Positions 1 through 7,561 of a stretch of DNA of 64,000 bases are shown here, piece by piece (within the stretch, counting starts at the first letter, position 1; every line of letters starts with the position of its first letter). The stretch is from Acidobacteriota bacterium (lineage in GTDB: Bacteria; Acidobacteriota; Vicinamibacteria; Vicinamibacterales; UBA8438). Made by a program: the position numbers and the translations under genes. The DNA lies in contig JAPOVI010000030.1 of NCBI GenBank assembly GCA_026708265.1, positions 571-64,570 of the forward strand, written 5' to 3'. The notes below the pieces were generated by a model. That model was given only the letters and a program-made list of their open reading frames with translations, was not told where the DNA came from and did no database searches.

Positions 1-72
1 TGGCAGATCTGGAACCGTTACCCCGCAGGGACCGTCCGGCCGGTCACGATGCACGACCACCAAGTACTCCAT
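1..72 (-). CDS. hicB: HicB family antitoxin, N-terminus (runs off window edge)
   Basis: Not in the ORF track. ATG at 72, 9 nt after the hicA stop, with a GGGG RBS. Translates MEYLVVVHRDRPDGPCGVTVPDLP, the typical HicB start (..GVxVPDLP). Confidence 0.85.
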   Translation of the reverse strand, partial: MEYLVVVHRDRPDGPCGVTVPDLP

Positions 73-81
73 ACGTTCCCC

Positions 82-279
82 CTACGGCCTGCCCGTCCAC
101 TGCCAGCCGGCCTGTCGCCAGATGTTCCGCAGCGTCCCGACCGGAACGTCCTTACGCGGGTGCGGAACGATGACGCGACCGGGGCGACCGGGACGGCGAA
201 ACAGGTGGTGGCTGCCGCTCACCCGCTTCAACTCCCAACCGTCGCGCTCCAACCGCTTGATCACCGCCGCGCTATCCAT
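82..279 (-). CDS. hicA: HicA family mRNA interferase toxin
   Basis: [46 protein letters not shown] matches the HicA consensus (GSH, VPHP, GTLxxI). Alternative start at 285. Confidence 0.92.
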   Translation of the reverse strand: MDSAAVIKRLERDGWELKRVSGSHHLFRRPGRPGRVIVPHPRKDVPVGTLRNIWRQAGWQWTGRP

Positions 280-280
280 G

Positions 281-295
281 TGCATATAATATGCA
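281..295. promoter_or_regulatory. Palindromic operator / -10 region of hicAB
   Basis: TGCATAT-A-ATATGCA perfect inverted repeat, an AT-rich patch just upstream of hicA. TA antitoxins typically autoregulate at such sites. Confidence 0.6.
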
Positions 296-344
296 TAGTT
301 GCGGCCGGTGTCGAGCCGCGGCGCCCGGTTCGCCCCTGCTGGCC

Positions 345-496
345 GGGGATCTGCGAGCTCCGCCCGGAAACCGATTGGAGGTCCTGAAGGGCGATCGCGA
401 CGGGCAACACAGCATACGCATCAACCGGCAATGGCGGATCTGTTTCGATGGAGTGCGGAGAACGCTTTCGATGTCGAGATCGTGGACTATCACTGA
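345..496 (+). pseudogene. higB: HigB (plasmid-maintenance killer type) toxin pseudogene, 5'-truncated and frameshifted
   Basis: One frame gives [33 protein letters not shown]. After a 1-nt shift near 445 the next frame continues [16 protein letters not shown]. The N-terminal third is absent. Confidence 0.85.
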
Positions 497-508
497 CGGA
501 ACAACGAC

Positions 509-817
509 ATGACGACCCTCGATGACGATCGGTTGCCGAACCCGCACCCGGGTGAGATTCTGCTGGAGGATTTCCTGAAGCCGATGCGGATCAACCAGTC
601 CGAGCTGGCGCGCGCGATCGGCGTTCCACCCCGGCGTATCAACGAGGTGGTGCTGGGCAAGCGCGCCGTGACAGCGGAGACGGACCTGCTGCTCACGCGC
701 TATTTCGGGCTGTCGGAAGGATTGTTCCTGAGGCTGCAAGCGACGCACGACCTGGAGAACGCGAAGCTGTCGCTGCGCGACCGGCTGATCGCGATCCGGC
801 CGCGTGACGCCGGCTGA
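509..817 (+). CDS. higA: HigA family addiction-module antitoxin (XRE HTH)
   Basis: [53 protein letters not shown] is the HigA consensus. It follows the higB remnant. Confidence 0.92.
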   Translation: MTTLDDDRLPNPHPGEILLEDFLKPMRINQSELARAIGVPPRRINEVVLGKRAVTAETDLLLTRYFGLSEGLFLRLQATHDLENAKLSLRDRLIAIRPRDAG

Positions 818-976
818 CGACCGACTCGTTGCGGCCGTCACGAGCCCGGTCGCTGGCGTGGGACCGGTACCGCGATCTGGCGGCGCTCCCCCGAGGAAAG
901 GGTCAAGACGTGCAGGCGCGCGTCGATGCCGTGGCAACGGTAGCTCTCCGGGCAGCCTTCGGGCCAGCGGCCGTGC

Positions 977-1627
977 CTACTCGGGGGTCGAAGCCGTCTC
1001 TTCGTCGGCCAGAAGCTGCTCCATCTGCTCCTGTATGGCCTCGTGCGCCTGATCGAGCAGCAGAAGACGCCCGTTGAGCTGGTAGAGATCCTCCTTGAAG
1101 TCGAGAGGGTGCGCATCGGACGCTGCCCTGGCCAGCACCAGGCTGATGGAGTCGAGCATCAGGTCGCGGGCCCGCTCGTAGGCATCGAGTATGTCGTAGA
1201 CCTGCGAGACTCGAATGATCCAGTCGTAGTCGAAGTACGGTGCGGCCTCGCTCGTCTGCGCCGTGCGCCAGGCGGCGGAGGAGACGTTCGGAAGGGCAAA
1301 GGAAATCTCGAAGCTACGGTCGCTGAAGACGGGATCGGACTCGTCTTCGGCTCGCACGAACACCGCGATTCGCTGCAGGAGACTCCTCAGCGAGGGCTGA
1401 CTGCTTCTGAATTCATCCAGATTCTCCTGCATCTCCAGCTCGATCGCGGCACGCGCCGACGCGGCGAACTGCCGGAGCTGCCGCTCCTCCCGCCATTCCT
1501 CGACCCCGAACGCAACGAGGACGGCGAACACCACCATGAGCGCCTCGGCCGCCATCGCCGCGAGATCCCAGCGCGTCCGTTGACCCGTGACTGCGGCGAT
1601 GCCCCCGCGGACTGCCCCGTTGCTCAT
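977..1627 (-). CDS. Hypothetical protein with one N-terminal TM helix and a helical domain
   Basis: EALMVVFAVLVAFGVEEWREER (TM then charged helix) and a later SSAAWRTA motif. Start uncertain (1558-1660). Confidence 0.7.
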   Translation of the reverse strand: MSNGAVRGGIAAVTGQRTRWDLAAMAAEALMVVFAVLVAFGVEEWREERQLRQFAASARAAIELEMQENLDEFRSSQPSLRSLLQRIAVFVRAEDESDPVFSDRSFEISFALPNVSSAAWRTAQTSEAAPYFDYDWIIRVSQVYDILDAYERARDLMLDSISLVLARAASDAHPLDFKEDLYQLNGRLLLLDQAHEAIQEQMEQLLADEETASTPE

Positions 1628-1748
1628 GACAGAACGATATTCCGAAGCAGGCCGCGTCACCAGCCACGGTTGTGGCGGACGACTCAGCGCGGCGCTGTAC
1701 CTCGGCTTCGCCGCCCCTGGCTGTTGCCGAAGCGGTCGGACCTGCCTC

Positions 1749-2786
1749 CTACTCCGCCAGGTGCCGCCGGAGGAAGGACAGGGTGCGCGGCCACGCGTCC
1801 TCCGTGGCCCGGCGATTGGCGTCCAGCCCTTCCTGGGCCTTCAGAAAGACGGTCGCCCCGTCGTAAACGATCGTCTCGAACGACTTCCCGGCTGCCGCCA
1901 TCGCCGACTCCGCCCGCGGCAGCGTCGCGGCGGTCGGGAGGTCGCCGCCGTACAGGCCGAGCACCGGCGCGTCGATCCGGGCGTAGTCGGATTCCGCCTC
2001 CGGCGTCTCGCCGTAGAAGACGACCAGCGCATCCAGCTCGGGGCGGTCCACCGCGTAGGCGAACGCGGCCGCTCCGCCCCAACTGAAACCGACCACGCCC
2101 AGGCGGCCGTCGGCGGCCGGGAGGCCGCGCGCCCAGGCTCCGACGGCGTCGAGCCAGCTCGTTCGTTCCCGCGGCTCGATGCGCGGCGCGGAGGGGAGGA
2201 ACCCGCCGGGCCTCTCGCCCGCGAAGAGATCCGGGGCGACCGCGAGGTATCCCTCGGCGGCCAGGGCGTCGGCGACGCTCCGCACCCAGTTCGAGAGCGC
2301 GTAGAGATCGTGGACGACCACCACGACCGGCGCCGGCGACCGCTCGGGGTACACGACCCAGGTGCGGATGGGCGCCGCGCTTCCGGGACGCGGGACGTCG
2401 ACGAGCTCGGAACGCCGGGGCGACGCGGCGAGGTCGCCTCGCGAGGTGGCCCCGCTGGGCGGCAGATGCGGGGCGGAGACGGGGGCGGGACCCTCGCCGC
2501 GAACGATGACCCCCGCCACCGTGGACCAGGCGCCCACCTGCAGCAGGGCGACCACCAGGAGAGCGATGGCGCCGACGGCGAAGATGGGCGTGTTCCTCGG
2601 CATGTTCATGGCGTCCCTCCTGACCCGCGCCGCGGCTCGTGCGCAACAGGCCCCGATGCTCTGCCGCCAGAACCAGGCGGCCGACCGGCCGCGTTGCCAT
2701 TCTTCGTGGAGATCGCCCACCAGCGGGTCGCACGAAGCGTCCAGCTTGCCGAGCAGCCAGGTCGCCAGCCGGGGCGGGCGCCTCAT
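1749..2786 (-). CDS. Permease-prefix-like N-domain + TM helix + dienelactone hydrolase-fold domain (catalytic residues degenerate)
   Basis: ATGA overlap with padR. N-terminus PPRLATWLL..LVGDLHEEW..SAAWFWRQ, then a TM helix, then a DLH fold (VVVVHD, AVAPDL, GFSWGG, AWPRTLSFL). Confidence 0.8.
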   Translation of the reverse strand: MRRPPRLATWLLGKLDASCDPLVGDLHEEWQRGRSAAWFWRQSIGACCARAAARVRRDAMNMPRNTPIFAVGAIALLVVALLQVGAWSTVAGVIVRGEGPAPVSAPHLPPSGATSRGDLAASPRRSELVDVPRPGSAAPIRTWVVYPERSPAPVVVVVHDLYALSNWVRSVADALAAEGYLAVAPDLFAGERPGGFLPSAPRIEPRERTSWLDAVGAWARGLPAADGRLGVVGFSWGGAAAFAYAVDRPELDALVVFYGETPEAESDYARIDAPVLGLYGGDLPTAATLPRAESAMAAAGKSFETIVYDGATVFLKAQEGLDANRRATEDAWPRTLSFLRRHLAE

Positions 2787-3118
2787 GTGCACGCCCGTTC
2801 CAACTGGGGCAGGCCCTGCCACAGCAGGGAGAGCGTCTCCCGCGTGGAACGGGCCTCGCGCACCCCCTCGGGGGTTGCCCGGAAGTAGCGCTTCGCGCGC
2901 CCTCCGCGCTCCGGCGTGGGATCGCCCAGCCGGGAGCTGACGAACCCCTTGCCCTCCAGGCGCTCCAGCGCGGCGTAGACGCTGCCCACGCCGACCTCCC
3001 GGCCGGTGCCGGCCTCGAGCGCGCGCACGATCCGGGCGCCGTAGGCGGCTTCTCCCAGCCGGATCACGGCCAGCAGCACCATCAGCTCGAAGCTCCCGAG
3101 GACGGGGCGACCTGCCAT
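2783..3118 (-). CDS. PadR family transcriptional regulator (acidobacterial type)
   Basis: LGSFELMVLLAVIRL..AYG..GSVYAALERLEGKGFVSS..PTPERGGRAKRYF..T.EG winged-helix signature. Confidence 0.92.
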   Translation of the reverse strand: MAGRPVLGSFELMVLLAVIRLGEAAYGARIVRALEAGTGREVGVGSVYAALERLEGKGFVSSRLGDPTPERGGRAKRYFRATPEGVREARSTRETLSLLWQGLPQLERACT

Positions 3119-3144
3119 TTATTCAACCATAGGGAATAAATGGC
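3114..3144. promoter_or_regulatory. Probable PadR operator overlapping the padR start and a leaderless -10
   Basis: Perfect 11-bp inverted repeat GCCATTTATTC-N9-GAATAAATGGC in the divergent gap. Minus-strand TATGGT lies 7 nt before the padR ATG. Confidence 0.75.
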
Positions 3145-3176
3145 GGCCGCGCAAGCGGCGACGCGACGCTGATACG

Positions 3177-3827
3177 ATGCTGCGCTTGAACGCCTCGCCG
3201 CCGTCCTCGTCCCGAACCTCGACCGTCCTCGCATGGTCGCTGGCCGGACTCGCCGTCCCGCCGCTCGTCATCCTCCCCCACGAGCTCGGGCACTACCTGG
3301 TCCTTCTCGCCATGGACGTCCCGAATCTGGCCCTGCACTATGCATCGGTCTCCTGGGACTCGCGGGAGTTCTGGGAGGCTGTCCGTCGCGAGGACTACGC
3401 GACCGCCGCGGACATCGCCCCCATATGGGCCGTGGCGCTCTCCAATGCAGGCGGGCCGCTCGTCTCGTATGCCATGGTTGCGGGATGCTGCTACGCCTGC
3501 GCCCGGTGGCGTCCGCATGCCGTGCTGGTCGCCGTCGGCTACGGGTGCCCGCTCCGCGTGCTGGTCGGGGTCCAGCACGGCGTGCTGGTCCTGCTGGGTG
3601 GCAATCCGCCGGCCAGCTACGACGAGTTCAGAATCGCGGCGCTCACCGGAGTTCCCGTGCAGGTCTTCGTGGGGTTCGGTGTCGCCTTCGTCGGCGTCTC
3701 GGGCGCGTGGCTGGCGAAGTACCTGCCACGCGGTCGGCGCACTTTCGCGGTGACGTCGATGCTGGCGGGGGCGGTCTTCAGCGCGGTGCTGTACTTGGGC
3801 TACGTCGGCCCCTGGCTGCTGCCGTAG
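3177..3827 (+). CDS. Integral membrane protein with HExxH motif (M50 / site-2 protease-like)
   Basis: Several TM helices. PHELGH at the end of TM1, AGGP motif, downstream Asp (SYDE) as possible third Zn ligand. Confidence 0.65.
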   Translation: MLRLNASPPSSSRTSTVLAWSLAGLAVPPLVILPHELGHYLVLLAMDVPNLALHYASVSWDSREFWEAVRREDYATAADIAPIWAVALSNAGGPLVSYAMVAGCCYACARWRPHAVLVAVGYGCPLRVLVGVQHGVLVLLGGNPPASYDEFRIAALTGVPVQVFVGFGVAFVGVSGAWLAKYLPRGRRTFAVTSMLAGAVFSAVLYLGYVGPWLLP

Positions 3828-3838
3828 CGGTCTAACCT

Positions 3839-4222
3839 CTAACCAATGACGCGCAGGATCCCGGCCGTCAACGTGGCGGTGACGAGCACCGTCCCGACGA
3901 TCCAGCGGATGAGGCGGGTCCTCACGTTCACGACCTCGGTGCGCATCCCGGCGATCTGCGTCGAGAGCCGCGTGTCGAGGCCGCTGAGCTCGGCGCGCAC
4001 ATCGGCGACCTGCGTCGAGATTCGCGTGTCGAGCGTTGCGATCTGGGCGCGGACCTCCGCGACCTCCGCCCGCACCTCGGCCAGGCCAGCCTTGAACTGA
4101 TCGGCCGAAACGTGATCGCCCTGCTCGACGCCCTGGCGGATGGCCTTGGCGATGACCTCGGCCTGGTCGCGCGCCACGCCGCCGGCCGTGAGTTGCTGGG
4201 TGACTGCGAGCGTGTCCAACAT
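3839..4222 (-). CDS. DUF1640/CCDC90-like coiled-coil protein with C-terminal membrane anchor
   Basis: MLDTLAVTQQLTAGG..QAEVI head, repeated coiled-coil stalk, RLIRWIVGTVL anchor. Extended -10 TGCTACTCT upstream. Confidence 0.8.
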   Translation of the reverse strand: MLDTLAVTQQLTAGGVARDQAEVIAKAIRQGVEQGDHVSADQFKAGLAEVRAEVAEVRAQIATLDTRISTQVADVRAELSGLDTRLSTQIAGMRTEVVNVRTRLIRWIVGTVLVTATLTAGILRVIG

Positions 4223-4251
4223 GGTCTGCGAGAGTAGCACGCGAGGATAAG

Positions 4252-5892
4252 CTAGCGCTTGGACCTCCGGTTTCGCGACAAACAGCGTCGGGTGGCGGCT
4301 GCCGACGCTGCTTCGTTTCCGGTCAACCGATTCCGGGACCGGGCACCCCGCGCCGCCGTTCGCCGCTGGCCGTCGCGGTCCCGACGTTCCCGCGGGAACG
4401 TCGGCGGCGGGTCTGCATCGCGCCGCGGGCGCCACAGCACCTCGATGGCCCAGGCGACGTCCAGCCGCTCGCCCCGCCACCGTGGCGCGGTCTCCGCGTC
4501 GATGCCGACCCCGGCGGCCGCCAGTCGGCGGTCCACCGGCGCCAGCGCCGGGCCGTCCCAGCCCGGGGCCAACGGAGCCTCCGGCAGCGGCCGCCCGTCG
4601 GGCCGCAGAAAGGTCACCGTGCCGCCGGCGTCCACCTGCACCCGGAAGCCGTCTTCGTGCACGGCCCGGTGGTGCCGGCGGCACAGAAGCACGAGATTCG
4701 CGAGCGCCGTCTCGCCGCCGTCGGCCCAGTGGCGCACGTGGTGAGCATCGCAGCGACGAGCCGCGCAGCCCGGAAAGCGGCACTGCCCGTCGCGCGCCGC
4801 CAGCGCCCGCCGCAGCGCGGGGGAGATGGTCCGCGTCCGGCGGCCAACGTCGAGAACGTCGCCGTCGGGGCCGTGTCGCATCGTGACGGTGGCGGAGTCG
4901 CAGGCGATGCGGCGGGCCGTCTCCTGCCCGACGCGAATGCCGCCGTCCTCGGCCAGCGCCGCCTGGCTGCGCCGCGTGTCCGCGGAATCGGCGCGGTGCG
5001 CGTCTTCGCCGTCCGCGGCGTGCTCCGGGGTCTCCTGCGCCGCCTCTTCAGCCAGGGTCCCGGCGTCCACGTGCAGCACCACCTGGTAGCGATCGCCCGC
5101 CGTGCCGCGATCCAGCCCCCCCGCCAGCGCACACTCGGCCAGCCGCCCCAGCGCGTCCGCCTGCCGCTGTCCGTGGCTCCGCTCCACACCGACCGCCTCA
5201 TCCACCGCGTCCGTCCGTGCAGTCTCGCCGCCAGCCACTCCGGTCGCGTCGCCGTCCGCCGCCACCGCCGCCTCCAGCGCCCGCCGAAACACCGAACCCA
5301 CCTCCGGCGTCAGCCGGCCCCGGACCACCACCATGCCGTCGTCGTCCACCCACGTGCGCAACGAGCGGTCCGCCTGCCGCTGGTGCTCCTCGTCCCGCTC
5401 CGCCCGGTCGGTCTGCCGCCAGGCCCGCACCACCCGCTCGACGTGCGCCGCCGTGCCCGCCAACGCCACGTCGAGCAGCGACTGCTCGGTCTCCGGCGTC
5501 GCCACCCGGGTGATGGCGCGCACCTTGGAGTAGGAGACTCGCCCCCGCCGCATCGCGTCGCTCACCTTCGGCAATTGCGCCAGCGCATGCGCGACCCGCA
5601 CATGCTCGCGCGCCGGGCCCGGCTCCAGACCGGTACGCCAGCTCAGCCAGACCGCGCAGGAGGCGAAGCCGGACCACGCGCCGGCCGCATCGAAGTCGCG
5701 AATCAGGACCAGCAGCTCATAGGTGGCGGCCTGGATACGAGAGGCGAGCTCGGCGATCCGGTCGCCGAGACTCTCGGCCTCGGCGGGGGAGACAGCGGGC
5801 GGCCCGGCCGGCGGCTGGGGCTCGTGCCCGATGGATACGATGACCGGCGCCGCGGGCGGAGCAGAGGCGAAAGTCTGTTCGGCAGTGGGCAT
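4252..5892 (-). CDS. DUF222-domain HNH endonuclease (REP13E12-like family)
   Basis: WLSWRTG..AREHVRVAHAL..SYSKVRAITR DUF222 region. C-terminal RDGQCRFPGC..CDAHHVRHWADGGET..NLVLLCRRHHRAVH HNH motif. Confidence 0.92.
   Translation of the reverse strand: MPTAEQTFASAPPAAPVIVSIGHEPQPPAGPPAVSPAEAESLGDRIAELASRIQAATYELLVLIRDFDAAGAWSGFASCAVWLSWRTGLEPGPAREHVRVAHALAQLPKVSDAMRRGRVSYSKVRAITRVATPETEQSLLDVALAGTAAHVERVVRAWRQTDRAERDEEHQRQADRSLRTWVDDDGMVVVRGRLTPEVGSVFRRALEAAVAADGDATGVAGGETARTDAVDEAVGVERSHGQRQADALGRLAECALAGGLDRGTAGDRYQVVLHVDAGTLAEEAAQETPEHAADGEDAHRADSADTRRSQAALAEDGGIRVGQETARRIACDSATVTMRHGPDGDVLDVGRRTRTISPALRRALAARDGQCRFPGCAARRCDAHHVRHWADGGETALANLVLLCRRHHRAVHEDGFRVQVDAGGTVTFLRPDGRPLPEAPLAPGWDGPALAPVDRRLAAAGVGIDAETAPRWRGERLDVAWAIEVLWRPRRDADPPPTFPRERRDRDGQRRTAARGARSRNRLTGNEAASAAATRRCLSRNRRSKR
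4381..4404. repeat. 24-bp perfect palindrome inside the 3' end of the HNH gene
   Basis: CCGACGTTCCCGCGGGAACGTCGG is its own reverse complement. Confidence 0.9.
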
Positions 5893-5895
5893 ACC

Positions 5896-5931
5896 GTGTA
5901 TTGTAACATGCTGATATACAGTTGTTTACAC
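5896..5931 (-). promoter_or_regulatory. Leaderless promoter of the HNH gene
   Basis: Minus-strand TGtTACAAT (extended -10) 7 nt before the ATG, no SD, in an AT-rich patch bounded by a GTGTA/TACAC inverted pair. Confidence 0.6.
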
Positions 5932-6013
5932 TGCATCGCCCGGCACGTCCACGATCTCAGCAGGGCGAAAGTTGGCCGTGCTGCCGCACATGGAGCGTCG
6001 GGCGCCTCAACCG

Positions 6014-6365
6014 TCACCTGACGGCCATCCCTGCTGCGTCCGATCCGAGCGCCGGCAACAAGGACACTGCCCAAGCTGCCCACGCCCACCGCGGCGGAAG
6101 GATGATCCAACCATCCCGGTCGTCCCCGACGGCAGTGAACTCGCCGGCGGCTACGGCCAGGGCGGTAAGTGCGCAAACGAACGCCGCTCGATCCTCGTGA
6201 TCGTCGATATCGCATGGCTCACGAACGCAGTGCCGACGGCCGAGCCATTTGCGCGTGAGCCTATCGAGGGTCCCAACGTTGGCCAAGTGAGCGAAGTATC
6301 TGTCCGACCTCGCGCCACTCCCCAGCAAGCGACCCGGGTCTTCGACCATGCTCCCGAGGATTGCC
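6014..6365 (-). pseudogene. C-terminal remnant of a DUF429-like predicted nuclease
   Basis: LGSMVEDP..RSDRYF..DDHEDRAAFVCALTAL..TAVGD..GWIILPP recalls DUF429 C-termini. No credible start or N-terminal half. Confidence 0.45.
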
Positions 6366-6441
6366 CTGGTTTCCGGGGTCGCCCGGGCGAGCGGTGCCCG
6401 GGCCGATCGAAGCGCAATCGCCTGGCGAGCGCTTCCGCAAG

Positions 6442-6711
6442 CTAGCGTCGACGGGCCGGACTGACCCTGCGGCCGCGTCGAAACTGCACGTTGGGGAAGT
6501 GCTTCTTGGCGCACGCCGCGTCGATCTCGAGCTGGCTGACGAGCTTGCGAACCTGAAAGGACGGCATTGGGTCGTCCTTCGGAAGATGGTAGGTCTTCCC
6601 TTTGAACTGGATCACGCGCGAGTGTGTCGCCAACCTGATCGTCCAGCCCGGCGCGCATTTCGCGAGCATCTTCTTGATGGCGCTCAGGCGCACGGTCTTG
6701 GTGGGCGTCAT
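6442..6711 (-). CDS. Divergent HicA-like small basic toxin
   Basis: 89 aa, basic, alpha-beta3-alpha-like pattern with THS (cf. GSH), YHLPK and QVRKLVSQLEI. ATGA-coupled to the upstream gene. Confidence 0.55.
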   Translation of the reverse strand: MTPTKTVRLSAIKKMLAKCAPGWTIRLATHSRVIQFKGKTYHLPKDDPMPSFQVRKLVSQLEIDAACAKKHFPNVQFRRGRRVSPARRR

Positions 6712-7226
6712 GCAGCTACCGCGTACCGAACGTCCTGCGTGCGCCGCGTCTCAAGCGTTCCCTCGTCAGCCGTCGGAAGCGCCTCGATCACCTCGACCCA
6801 CACGGATGTTTCCTCCTGAACGACCCGCGGAAGTCTCTCCTGCTCCATCGGCGTGCAGTCCAGCTTCCCGTCCTGGTTCTCGATCCAGAGGTCGACCCAC
6901 TCCTTGCGAACCAGGCGGTCCGCATCCTCGAAGGCGGCGACCATCAAGCGGCGGAACTCGGCGAAGTCGTCGCACTCTTCGGCCTTGTCGAGGAGAATTC
7001 CGTGGAACAGCTTCTTGAGATTGTCGTTCGCCTCCTTCAGGGACGGACCACCGGCGGCGAACCACCCCGGCTCCGAACCGCTGAGCCAAAGGCTCCCGTC
7101 TGCAAGCTGTTCGGCAAGAACGCGGCTCGAACAGACGACCCGCGCCGCGAATTGCTTGCCGGGCACGCGGCCTCGGTAGGTGAATACCAATGGCCACTTC
7201 TTCGTGCTACGCTTACGGGTACTCAT
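6708..7226 (-). CDS. Divergent HicB-like antitoxin
   Basis: 172 aa from ATG 7226. WLSGSEPGWFAAGGPSLKEANDNL resembles the HicB PG..GxT.EEA..N motif. Acidic C-terminal half. Confidence 0.55.
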   Translation of the reverse strand: MSTRKRSTKKWPLVFTYRGRVPGKQFAARVVCSSRVLAEQLADGSLWLSGSEPGWFAAGGPSLKEANDNLKKLFHGILLDKAEECDDFAEFRRLMVAAFEDADRLVRKEWVDLWIENQDGKLDCTPMEQERLPRVVQEETSVWVEVIEALPTADEGTLETRRTQDVRYAVAA

Positions 7227-7561
7227 TGCCGTAATCTGCTCCCTGTAACGTATTCCGCTTACAGCACTTTTCGATCCTTCAGAGCTGGACCGGAGTCGGC
7301 CGAGCCGACGATCGTACTCCGCGGATTCGGTCAAAATCAAACCGGCCCCTCGAGGCCGGAACCGCGGGTTGCCCCGAAGGGGGATCCGGCCCACCGAGCC
7401 AGCCTGGCACCCCCGTGGGCGCGGACGGAATCGCCGCCAGCCGGGTGGACCCTGAGCATGCTGGCGAGCGTGATACTGTGGGGCAGCTCGACGTCTGGAG
7501 GAGCGTGACCGTGGCCAACCCGAGCGCCCCGCAGACCGACCGGCGCCCGTTGCCTCGCATC

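Noticed and set aside
829-976. Short ORF after higA (LAWDRYRDLAALP..)
   Set aside because: No RBS, overlaps the convergent gene, and no recognisable family.
5912-5929. LexA/SOS-like box at the HNH promoter (TAAAC-N4-GTATA)
   Set aside because: Too degenerate relative to known GAAC-N4-GTTC or GTTC-N7-GTTC boxes to support.
1-7400. Integron-like cassette array (small genes and TA modules; TCTAACC tandem at 3831-3844)
   Set aside because: Mixed orientations, no paired RYYYAAC..GTTRRRY attC structures recognised, and no intI.
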